Source of the DNA: Geotalea uraniireducens Rf4
GTDB taxonomy: Bacteria > Desulfobacterota > Desulfuromonadia > Geobacterales > Geobacteraceae
Reading direction: 5' to 3'
DNA: 32,000 nt
Assembly: GCF_000016745.1 (NCBI RefSeq)
Contig: NC_009483.1
Coordinates: 630,001-662,000 of the forward strand
Shown piece by piece: positions 16,648 through 24,769 of this stretch. Positions within the stretch are counted from its first letter, which is position 1. Each line of letters begins with the position of its first letter. The notes below the pieces were generated by a model. The model searched no databases. It saw only the letters and a list, made by a program, of their open reading frames with translations, and was not told the DNA's origin. A program made the translations under genes and the position numbers.

Positions 16648-18261
16648 ATGAAGAACGCGATTCTGAAACGCCTGAAAAGAACCGATCATCTGCCGATGCT
16701 GTTTATCGGTTCCGGCATGTCAATCCGCTATCTCGGCCTCGAAAACTGGAAAGGATTGCTGCGCAAGTTTGCCCGGCTGGCGACTGACAACGACTATGCC
16801 TATGAAATGTATGAGCAGCAGGCGAAAGGGCTGGAGTGCAAGGAAGGGCTGCTGCCGAAGGTGGCGGAACTTATCGAGCGGGATTTCAACCTGGGTTGGT
16901 TCAAGGACGATCAGTTTAGGGAGAGCCGGGAACAGTCGACGGATGAGATAAACCGTTCCGTCTCGCCGTTCAAGATCGAAATCGCCCGATACATGCGCGA
17001 CAAGAGCCGGCAGCATAACGCCGAGTATGCTGCTGAAATTGAACTGTTCAAGCAGCTTGAAATGCGCAGCATCGGCGGGGTGCTGACGACAAACTACGAC
17101 AGTTTCATCGAGGACCTCTTCACCAGCTACACGAAATACATCGGCCAGGAAGAACTGCTCTTTTCCACACTGCACGGCATTTCCGAAATCTACAAGATTC
17201 ATGGCTGCTGTACGAAGCCGGAATCCATCGTCATTAATGAAGCTGACTATGCCGACTTTTCGGAAAAGAACGCCTACCTGGCGGCAAAGATTCTCACCAT
17301 ATTCCTTGAACATCCCATCGTGTTCATCGGTTACTCCATCAATGACACCAACATCGAAAATATCCTGAAATCAATCATCAAATGTCTTTCCCCCGAAAAT
17401 CTCGACAAGATCAGAGAGCGGCTCATGTTTGTTGAGCGGGCAAGAGAAGGGGTGCCGGAGGAGGTTTCCACCTACAGCAAGTCGTTTGAAGGTGGCAAGT
17501 CCATTGATATGACGCGTATCCGCCTGAAGAACTACGAGGTCTTGTATCAGGCCTTACTGGAAAACCAGGCAAAATATAATGCCCCGATGCTGCGACGCTT
17601 GAAGCAGGACATTTACGAGCTGGTGTTGACGAACAAACCGACTGGTAAGATCAGGACCGTCAACCTGGAAGATGAAAAGCTGGAAGATGTTGAGGTGGTG
17701 ATAGGGGTCGGAATCCCTTCAGATTTCGGTCAGAAGGGGTATGCGGGGATTACGGCAGAAGATATTTACGCCGATGTCGTTTTCGATGACAGAGAGTATG
17801 AAGTCGACAGGATTGTCACAACAACGTTGCCGTCACTGCTACCAACCAACAGCATTCTCCCGATGCACAAATATATATCCCAATACACTGGAGAACTCCC
17901 GATTAATCCGGATAAAATCATCAAAGATTTTGATGGATTCATCGCCTCGTCAATCAAGAAGAACCGGGAGCGGAGCGGTTACAGAAACGAAACAATAAGT
18001 TCGTTACGGCGTAAATGGTCATTGGAGAGGTGCTTGTATGCTCTTCAGTTTCTAAAGGAAGAAAACATCGATCCTGCGGAACTCCTTGACTTGATAAAGG
18101 GTGTAATTGAAGCCAATCCGTCGGCTCTTTCAACCGCTGAAAGGGATAAACAGAATCTCAAATCCGATATAAAAAGAGCCATCCGGATTTACGATTGGCT
18201 CAGATACCACAAAAACAAAGGAGCCCTAGCTGCAGCGGCCACGAACTGTCCACCTTGCTAG
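16648..18261 (+). CDS. SIR2-family (SIR2_2-like) putative NAD+-consuming effector with uncharacterised C-terminal domain
   Basis: ATG at 16648 with an AGGAG RBS 5 nt upstream, preferred over the TTG at 16597. Motifs in order: LFIGSGMS (Gly-rich NAD loop), LTTNYD (catalytic Asn), IYKIHGC (catalytic His), VFIGYSINDTNI. This resembles the ThsA/DSR-type SIR2 layout. The C-terminal ~250 aa has no motif I recognise. Same strand as hsdS, 47 nt downstream, with no terminator between. Confidence 0.8.
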   Translation: MKNAILKRLKRTDHLPMLFIGSGMSIRYLGLENWKGLLRKFARLATDNDYAYEMYEQQAKGLECKEGLLPKVAELIERDFNLGWFKDDQFRESREQSTDEINRSVSPFKIEIARYMRDKSRQHNAEYAAEIELFKQLEMRSIGGVLTTNYDSFIEDLFTSYTKYIGQEELLFSTLHGISEIYKIHGCCTKPESIVINEADYADFSEKNAYLAAKILTIFLEHPIVFIGYSINDTNIENILKSIIKCLSPENLDKIRERLMFVERAREGVPEEVSTYSKSFEGGKSIDMTRIRLKNYEVLYQALLENQAKYNAPMLRRLKQDIYELVLTNKPTGKIRTVNLEDEKLEDVEVVIGVGIPSDFGQKGYAGITAEDIYADVVFDDREYEVDRIVTTTLPSLLPTNSILPMHKYISQYTGELPINPDKIIKDFDGFIASSIKKNRERSGYRNETISSLRRKWSLERCLYALQFLKEENIDPAELLDLIKGVIEANPSALSTAERDKQNLKSDIKRAIRIYDWLRYHKNKGALAAAATNCPPC

Positions 18262-18467
18262 GACCCCTTTAATTTGTTTCTGGTTACTCATGTCAGTTGG
18301 CAAGCACGGACTGCTCACGCCGACATGGCCCCCTGTTTGTTGATAAATAATTACATGAATTAAGGCGGAATTCAAGCTGAATATTGTATACACCAAGCCG
18401 ATGAGGAGATAATCCTTCTCGACGTCGGAGCAATGACGAGGTGTATCGGTGAGCGGGGCGGAAAAAC

Positions 18468-21281
18468 CTAGCTTATCTTCACCGTCTTGTACAAAAAGTT
18501 CTTGAACTTGAAGAAACGTTTCCTTTCTTCCTCTTCATTGTTGATATCGCCGCCGACGGCTTTCAGGTGGCGGGCGATCTGCGGCATCCCCTTTCCCACC
18601 GCCATCCTCGTTTTCTCTATGACCAGCCTGACCACGTCCCGGGAAATAAGGTTCTGTGAATAGGGTTCATAGACCGCTTGCCAAAAGTCCTTGTTGTTCC
18701 CGATCTGCGTCATGATCTCGTCCGCGACCTCTTCGGTCAGCTTTGCCGCGGCCTGGGTCGGCGCTTCTCGCATCCCGTCCCTGATGGCCCGGCGGATGTC
18801 CTCGCCGCCGATGAGCTTTCCCTTGCGGAAAAAGAGCGCCCGGAGGAGTAAGCTGCGCAATTCCCGGATGTTTCCCTTGTACGTGTGCTTGACGAGCACC
18901 TGTTTGGCCTCTTCCGTCAGGAGCGGCGCGTCGTCCCGCGGTTCGTCCTTCCCCCGGTAGGTGCGGTAGAGCTTGCCGAGGAAGTGGGTCGCCAGGTCGG
19001 GGATGTCCTCACGCCGTTCATTGAGGGACGGCACCGTTACCGACAGCTCCGACAGCCTGTGGTAGAGGTCTTCACGGAAATTCCCCTTGCCGATCTCTTC
19101 CAGGAGGTTCTTGTTGGTGGCGGCTACCAGCAGCACCCTGCTGAAGCGTTCCTGGTTGTCTCCGAGACGGACGAACCCGCCGTTGTCCAGGAAGCGGAGC
19201 AGCTGCACCTGGGTCTTCAGGTCGGCGTCGCCGATTTCGTCGAGAAAGACGATCCCTCCCCCCGCTTCTTCGAGGATTCCCTTGCGGTCGTTGTAGGCGC
19301 CGGTGAATGCTCCTTTCTTGTGGCCGAACAGCTCGGAATAGGTGAGCTCGCCGCTGTAAGCGGCAATGTTGGTCTTTTTCACGTGGAGTTCGCCGTTCGG
19401 GTTGATCTCCTGCCGGTACAGTTCATTGAGCTTGTTGTAGAGGTTGTTGAAGAAGAATTCCTTTCCTGCTCCGGTCTGGCCAAGGACGAGGATGGAGGGG
19501 AGGCCGATGGTCGCTTCCTGGAGGACGTTCTTGCTCCAGAGAGCAATGCGGTTGAAGAGCGGCTGGGAGACGGTGTTGATGAAATCGACGATTTCCTGGG
19601 CCTTGCGGCTGTTGCCGATGATGTTCCCCAGCCGGTAGGAGGAAATCTGCGGGTCCTTGTAGGCCACGTCGCTCTGGAGGCGGGTGACCTCGTTCTGCAG
19701 TCGCTCGATGCGCTGGATGTCCGCGATGTGCCGGGAGGTGAGTCGGTCGATGATCTGCAGGATCCGTTTGTGCTCTTCGGTGAAGTAGGCGGGTTTCAGC
19801 GAGTTGAGGCAGATGACGGCGGTGACTTCGTCGCCGCTGATGACCGGCACCGCTATTTCGCTCTTGATCAGCTCGCTCATGGAGCGGTGGAATCCCCCTC
19901 CACGTTGCTCTTCCTCCACATTGGCGATGATCTTCGGCTGCTTGGACCAGGCGACGAAACCGGTGAGGCTCCGCTCCTCGGGGGGGAGCTCCTGCCCGCC
20001 GATCTTGAATGGGGGGATATACTTCTTCAGCCACTCCTTGTTCTTGGCGCCGACGATGGTTCCCTCCTCGTCCTCGACCACAAGCCACTTCTCGCCTTCC
20101 CGCTCCTCGATGATAGCGATGCTGCCGGTGTCCGCGCCGATCAGCTCGGTGGCCTTGGACAACACCTTGGTCAGGAAGGGTTGCAGCTCTTCGTTCCGCT
20201 CCTGGAGCAGGTCGGTGATCTCGGCGAGCACCTTGATTTCCAGGTGTTCGCCGCCGATTTCGCGGATGACGCTTTCCACCATTTCCGCATGGGTCTGCAA
20301 AAGCCCCATTTCAAACTCGGAAAAGCGGTACAGGTCGCGGGTGAAATAGTTCACCAGGCAGATCACCCGCCGGCTTTCGGGCTCGAAGCGGGGGACCAGG
20401 TAAACGGAGCGGAGCGCCATCTTTTCGGTAAGCGCCCGCTTTTGCAGGCTGTGCTGGGTCAGGTCGGCGATGAAGAGCGGACGCAACAACCTTTCATCGG
20501 ATATGACGCCGTTGTCGTCCACATATTTCGAGATCAGCGACTTCCCCTTTTGCAGGTCGATGGAGCCCTGCTCGTCGTAGAGTGCCTTCAGCTGGGGTTC
20601 TTCCGAATAACTTGCCAGGATTTCCAGGGCGCCTTCGCCGCCTCTGCCTGAAATCGGCACCAGCACCGAGGCCAGCGACAACCGGTCGATGAGCCGGACC
20701 GCCGATTTCATCATGAAGGCGGCGGTTTCGCGTTTTTTGTATTCCTCTACGCTGCGGGCAAGGAGGAGTTGCTGGTGGTACTTCCTCGCGTAATCGAGAC
20801 GTTCTCCGATCGATGCGACGAAGTCGCCGAGAAGTCCTTTGTCGCGGCCGTTCACCACTTCGCCCGCCATTTCCCGGTCGATGCAGATCACGCCGAAGGA
20901 TTTTCCCAGGCTGGTGATGGGGAGGAGGTAGGATGCCGCGATTTTGAAGCTTTCGGCGAAACCTTTGTCGAGACTCAGGTTCTGTTTGGCGGCATTGCGG
21001 AACTCCGCCGGATACTGGGAGACGAAAACGCTGGAGACAATTGCATCGCGGGAGATGATGGGGAAGGTTGCTTCACGGATTTCGCCGGCAAAGGGGCCTG
21101 ACGCGTAAGCGCAGGAGAGCGCCCCCTTGGTCAGATCTTCCAGATAGATCCTGATCCGTTCCTGTTCGGTCACCAGCCTTAATCCTTCGGCAACCGTATG
21201 GAGCATCTCGTCCAGATTTTCCTTGCCGAAACCGGCAATTTTTTCGCTGAGTTTAAGTAGTTGGAGTTTTAACGATTCCAT
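18468..21281 (-). CDS. sigma54-dependent enhancer-binding protein with three N-terminal GAF-like domains
   Basis: 937 aa. AAA+ sigma54-interaction domain with Walker A GQTGAGKE, the diagnostic ELFGHKKGAFTGA loop, Walker B VFLDEIGD, then ATNKNL...FREDLYHRLS. About 540 aa upstream fold-wise resemble three GAF units. The C-terminus has a weak HTH-like segment (GMPQIARHLKAV). Confidence 0.9.
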   Translation of the reverse strand: MESLKLQLLKLSEKIAGFGKENLDEMLHTVAEGLRLVTEQERIRIYLEDLTKGALSCAYASGPFAGEIREATFPIISRDAIVSSVFVSQYPAEFRNAAKQNLSLDKGFAESFKIAASYLLPITSLGKSFGVICIDREMAGEVVNGRDKGLLGDFVASIGERLDYARKYHQQLLLARSVEEYKKRETAAFMMKSAVRLIDRLSLASVLVPISGRGGEGALEILASYSEEPQLKALYDEQGSIDLQKGKSLISKYVDDNGVISDERLLRPLFIADLTQHSLQKRALTEKMALRSVYLVPRFEPESRRVICLVNYFTRDLYRFSEFEMGLLQTHAEMVESVIREIGGEHLEIKVLAEITDLLQERNEELQPFLTKVLSKATELIGADTGSIAIIEEREGEKWLVVEDEEGTIVGAKNKEWLKKYIPPFKIGGQELPPEERSLTGFVAWSKQPKIIANVEEEQRGGGFHRSMSELIKSEIAVPVISGDEVTAVICLNSLKPAYFTEEHKRILQIIDRLTSRHIADIQRIERLQNEVTRLQSDVAYKDPQISSYRLGNIIGNSRKAQEIVDFINTVSQPLFNRIALWSKNVLQEATIGLPSILVLGQTGAGKEFFFNNLYNKLNELYRQEINPNGELHVKKTNIAAYSGELTYSELFGHKKGAFTGAYNDRKGILEEAGGGIVFLDEIGDADLKTQVQLLRFLDNGGFVRLGDNQERFSRVLLVAATNKNLLEEIGKGNFREDLYHRLSELSVTVPSLNERREDIPDLATHFLGKLYRTYRGKDEPRDDAPLLTEEAKQVLVKHTYKGNIRELRSLLLRALFFRKGKLIGGEDIRRAIRDGMREAPTQAAAKLTEEVADEIMTQIGNNKDFWQAVYEPYSQNLISRDVVRLVIEKTRMAVGKGMPQIARHLKAVGGDINNEEEERKRFFKFKNFLYKTVKIS

Positions 21282-21323
21282 ATATATCCTATCCTTGAGT
21301 AGAAAATGTACACTAATGGATAT

Positions 21324-21352
21324 ACTTTAGATAAAAAGAGGGTGGGAGTCAA
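21324..21352 (-). promoter_or_regulatory. sigma70-like promoter candidate for the EBP gene
   Basis: On the minus strand: TTGACT (21347-21352), a 17-nt spacer, then TAAAGT (21324-21329), about 40 nt upstream of the ATG at 21281. Confidence 0.4.
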
Positions 21353-21365
21353 GGGGGGAGAGGCG

Positions 21366-21414
21366 GTCGGCAGTCGGCAGTCGGCAGTCGGTGGTCGGTG
21401 GTCGGTGGTCGGTG
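21366..21414. repeat. heptanucleotide tandem repeat, 3x GTCGGCA then 4x GTCGGTG
   Basis: Seven uninterrupted 7-bp units read directly. The complementary segment CGACCGCCGACCG at 21431-21443 can pair with the array (12 bp, 1 mismatch). Confidence 0.9.
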
Positions 21415-21448
21415 GTGAAGGTTCAACTATCGACCGCCGACCGAATCT

Positions 21449-23302
21449 TCAGTTAAGCCCTTTCCTGATCTGGTAGAGCTCTTCCATGTTGAGGTCGTTC
21501 AACTCGTAGTATTCCCGTTCGAGCTCTTCTACGTAGAAGCGGTCCAGGCCGGAGTTCTCCAGAAAGTCTTCGCGGAGGGACGTGTCTTTTTCGACGATGA
21601 TGATGGGGAGCAGGTTGTGCAGGTAGATCGCTTCTTTCTTGATGGCAAGGATGGTTTCGCGAAAAAGAGTCTCGGGGATGTCGCCGGTCAGGAGTCTTTT
21701 GTGGCGGAGTTCTTCGGTGACTTCGCGTTTTAAGGCGTCCTGGTCGGCCCTGGTGGCGTATTTGGAATAGAAGTTCCGTATCCGTTCCCGGACGTGTTCC
21801 AGGAGGGTGATGAAAATCCGTTCTTCTTCGTCGATTTTCAGGAGCTGCTCTAAAAGCGCTGATATGGTGAGGCGATTTTCTTCAATCTGATTAAGCCCCT
21901 TGATGAGGGCTGAGACCTTTTTCCGACCGTAGGTTCCCAGGTACTTGTTTTCGAATATGCCGCTGAGAAACAGCTTTTTGAAGAGGTCCGGAGCCAGGTT
22001 GTCGAATTCGCTTTTGTTGCCGAGAAGACTTCTGATCATCTCCTCGGATATCTTGACGTTTTCCATGAAGGCCAACTGGTTGATTATGGAGGAGGTCGAG
22101 TCGTAGCGGTCAAAGTAGGTTATTATGTAGGAAAACCCTTCCAGGAGTGAAATGTCTGCGCCGTCGCGGATCTTTTCGTCGCAGAGTTTGCTCGCATCGA
22201 GCAGTATCTCTTCGAATGTGTGGTCGCGGTTTTCCGCCGCTTGTTTCTTGGCGTAGAGCAGCTTCAGCATGTCCTCGCGGTCAATGGCGTTCTCTATCTG
22301 CCGTTCGCTGAGAAACATCCCTTCCAGAATCTGCCGGGTTTCAGAAATATAATTGTTTTCTTCAAGATCAACCAATTTCTTGTCCTTTTTCAGCATTTCG
22401 TCAAGGGTGTAAAAGAGCGCGCCCGGTATCTTGTTGCGGACCGACAGGGTTTTCAGCCTGGTCAGCCTGGCATTTTCCAGCTTGTTGATTTCGCCTTTGC
22501 GGTTGCAGGCAATGAGGATGTTTTTGTACTCATCGACGATTCTCTTGTTGTCGGGGTGCTTGTACATGATGTCGATGCGGATGCGCTCCTGCTGGTAGCG
22601 GTCGATGGAGTGCTCTTCCGCCAGCACGGAGAGCCTGGTGAAATCCTCATCGGCAATTTTTTTGTTCTTGAAGTAGAGGGATTTGAAAAAGTCGCTGTAT
22701 TTCTGGTGCTTCTTGTTGATGAGCTTAAAAAGGAATAGTTGGGCCTTGGGATCGTGCAGAAGGTCGAAGAGCTCGGCAATGATGCGGTTGTCATCCTCTT
22801 CCCACACCGCAATGGAACGTTTGAGAGCCTTGCCGAGGCGCCTTACGATCTCTTCCTGCTGCTTGTCGAGGTCTCCGCTGATTTTTTTTGAACTGACACA
22901 GAAAAAGTAATTACAGACCGCGTTCCCGTCAAAAAATATCTTTTCGTAGCTCTGGGTGCCGTCGGTTCGGTTGCTGAATTTGAGGGTTCCATTCTGGTTG
23001 CTGTAGTGGGTGCCGTACATCACCAGGCGGTTAATGGCGTCTCCCTTGGCAAGGTCGGCAATCGGCTGATCGACGCCGAACATGTATTCGCAAAATGAGC
23101 CGCCGTTGCCATGGTGGGTGATGGATTCCTTGCCGATGATGAATTCATTGCCTGGACTGAAGATACGGAGTTCGCGTCCGTCTTCCTGGTTGGTGTTGAA
23201 AAAATAGCGGTTATGCGCTTCGGTCCCGGCGACGATGGCAAAATACTCGATATCTTTGTCTACGTAGCCGTGGAGGCGAATGTCGTTATGCATCAAATCC
23301 AT
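21449..23302 (-). CDS. 617-aa conserved-looking hypothetical protein (beta-rich N-domain + long helical region)
   Basis: A long uninterrupted ORF with coding-like composition, on the same strand as and between the MBL hydrolase and the EBP genes. No catalytic or binding motif recognised. I have a vague, unverifiable memory of a Geobacter-restricted uncharacterised family of this size. Confidence 0.7.
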   Translation of the reverse strand: MDLMHNDIRLHGYVDKDIEYFAIVAGTEAHNRYFFNTNQEDGRELRIFSPGNEFIIGKESITHHGNGGSFCEYMFGVDQPIADLAKGDAINRLVMYGTHYSNQNGTLKFSNRTDGTQSYEKIFFDGNAVCNYFFCVSSKKISGDLDKQQEEIVRRLGKALKRSIAVWEEDDNRIIAELFDLLHDPKAQLFLFKLINKKHQKYSDFFKSLYFKNKKIADEDFTRLSVLAEEHSIDRYQQERIRIDIMYKHPDNKRIVDEYKNILIACNRKGEINKLENARLTRLKTLSVRNKIPGALFYTLDEMLKKDKKLVDLEENNYISETRQILEGMFLSERQIENAIDREDMLKLLYAKKQAAENRDHTFEEILLDASKLCDEKIRDGADISLLEGFSYIITYFDRYDSTSSIINQLAFMENVKISEEMIRSLLGNKSEFDNLAPDLFKKLFLSGIFENKYLGTYGRKKVSALIKGLNQIEENRLTISALLEQLLKIDEEERIFITLLEHVRERIRNFYSKYATRADQDALKREVTEELRHKRLLTGDIPETLFRETILAIKKEAIYLHNLLPIIIVEKDTSLREDFLENSGLDRFYVEELEREYYELNDLNMEELYQIRKGLN

Positions 23303-23359
23303 CCGTTTATGAGTTTCCGCTCAATACTATCGCAGTGTAAACCGTATTGCAAGGCGGCT

Positions 23360-24115
23360 TTACATGTCAATGGTCATGCCGTCATATGCGAATTCCACGC
23401 CGGCAGGGAGTTTTTCCCCATCCCGATAGGGGACTTCATGGGTCAGGTGGGTAAGCACCGCCCGCTCCGGCCGCAGTTTCTCCACTACCTGGAGTGCCCC
23501 TTCGATGTTGAAGTGGTTGGGGTGCGGGGTGTAGCGGAGGGCGTCGATTATCAGAAGCTTCAGCCCGCCAAGTTTTGCCCGGGAATGGTCGGGAATCGCG
23601 CTGCAGTCGGTCAGATACGCCATATCGTTGAAACGGTAGCCGGTGGCCGGCATCGTGCCGTGCAAGAGGGGGATGGGGTCGATGGCGCAGCCGAACAGTT
23701 CAATCCGGTCGTTGACAACGTGCGGTTCCAGGAGCGGTGAATAGCCTGCTGTTTCCATTCCCTTGAAAATATAGGAAAAATTCCTGGCTATCGTCTCAAT
23801 GGAGTCTTCGCTGCCGTAGCAGGGGATGACTCTATGGTGGATGAAGTGGAAGCCGCGCAGGTCGTCGATGCCGTGTATATGGTCTGCGTGGGAGTGGGTG
23901 AAAAGCACGGCATCGATGTGCGGAATCCTTTCCCGGATTGCCTGTTTTCTCAGGTCGGTGGAGGTGTCGACCAGGATGTATTTGCCGCTGCATTCCACAA
24001 TGATGGAGGCGCGCGTCCTTTTGTCCCGCGGGTCCTCCGAAGAGCAGACCGGGCAACTGCAGCCGACCATCGGCACACCAGTGGAAGTGCCGGAGCCGAG
24101 GATGGTTATTTTCAT
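23360..24115 (-). CDS. MBL-fold metallo-hydrolase (PhnP / COG1235-like)
   Basis: Start trimmed to the ATG at 24113-24115 (MKITILGSGTS), with GAGG upstream. Metal motif HSHADHIHG, later His/Asp residues, and an N-terminal CSCPVC knuckle typical of PhnP-like members. Confidence 0.85.
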   Translation of the reverse strand: MKITILGSGTSTGVPMVGCSCPVCSSEDPRDKRTRASIIVECSGKYILVDTSTDLRKQAIRERIPHIDAVLFTHSHADHIHGIDDLRGFHFIHHRVIPCYGSEDSIETIARNFSYIFKGMETAGYSPLLEPHVVNDRIELFGCAIDPIPLLHGTMPATGYRFNDMAYLTDCSAIPDHSRAKLGGLKLLIIDALRYTPHPNHFNIEGALQVVEKLRPERAVLTHLTHEVPYRDGEKLPAGVEFAYDGMTIDM

Positions 24116-24296
24116 TAGCTTTACCTCGGAACTTCTTAACTTAAATATCACGTTTGTCCAGCTCAGGCAAGGGGTTTGTCCTTGCCGTGGGGGAGGGGTG
24201 AAGCTAAAACGGAGGGGCGAACGAAGGTGGACTGTCCTGATGTGTGAATGGTGCGATTACCCCTTGTTTTTCCTGTTAAAAAAATATTAATACTGG

Positions 24297-24447
24297 CTGA
24301 CTCCCTTTTGGGGGCGGGTGTACAAAGATGGGGGCTTTTATTTCATGCGTATTGTTATGGGAGTCGGGGGATGGTTGGAGCAGTGGCAAATATATAGAAT
24401 GTAGTTGAAGCCGCCGGGTCAGGGATATGCTGATTGGTGGCTTTTTT
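24297..24447 (+). ncRNA. candidate sRNA module, copy 1 (promoter-like element + ~115-nt transcript + intrinsic terminator)
   Basis: CTGACT (24297-24302), 18 nt, TACAAA (24321-24326). Terminator stem GCCGCCGGGTCAG/CTGATTGGTGGC at 24410-24441 with G-U pairs, then TTTTTT at 24442-24447. Homologous to the copies at 25448 and 27728. Similarity also extends upstream to ~24240 with copy 3. Confidence 0.45.
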
Positions 24448-24548
24448 GATTTCGGGGGTAAGTGTTGTACGCTTCCGGAAATTACGAATAAAGCAGAGGT
24501 GATCGGCGTGTGGAGAGAATACAGCGGAGAAAATAGTTGAAGAATGTT

Positions 24549-24769
24549 TCAGCGTTGTCCGGTTTGGTTTTTGCTTACGTCCCGTAGGGACAGAATACTG
24601 GTAGCCGGGGAATTCATTCCCCGGTCATCCAGGCGAAATATCATCACGTCACGTACGTGACGTGGGGAAATATAGCATCTCATCCGGGGGATGAATCCCC
24701 CGGCTACATTCGAACGCCCCTAATGGGGCTTAACAACCTTGATGCACAAACCAAACCGGACAACGCTGA
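24549..24769. mobile_element. 221-bp MITE with 22-bp perfect terminal inverted repeats and 7-bp target-site duplication
   Basis: TCAGCGTTGTCCGGTTTGGTTT at 24549-24570 and its exact reverse complement at 24748-24769. Flanking direct repeat GAATGTT at 24542-24548 and 24770-24776. The interior is one long imperfect palindrome centred on CACGTCACGTACGTGACGTG, with matching sub-hairpins in both arms. Confidence 0.8.

Noticed and set aside
16648-18261. Classifying the SIR2 gene as Thoeris ThsA, DSR1/DSR2, SIR2-HerA or a pAgo-associated SIR2
   Set aside because: No TIR (ThsB), HerA or Argonaute gene is nearby. At 537 aa it is far shorter than DSR1/DSR2, and I see no SLOG-like C-terminal motif. It therefore remains an unclassified SIR2 effector.
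21366-21414. Possible CRISPR or other spaced-repeat array
   Set aside because: The units are 7 bp and directly abutting, with no spacers. This is a microsatellite-type tandem repeat, not a CRISPR array. No cas genes are in the window.
24343-24402. Short ORF inside the candidate sRNA (MRIVMGVGGWLEQWQIYRM in copy 1) as a type I toxin
   Set aside because: The ATG is ATT in copy 3. The stop position differs (12 codons in copy 2, 19 in copy 1), and there is no RBS. The peptide is too short and too weakly hydrophobic for a membrane toxin.
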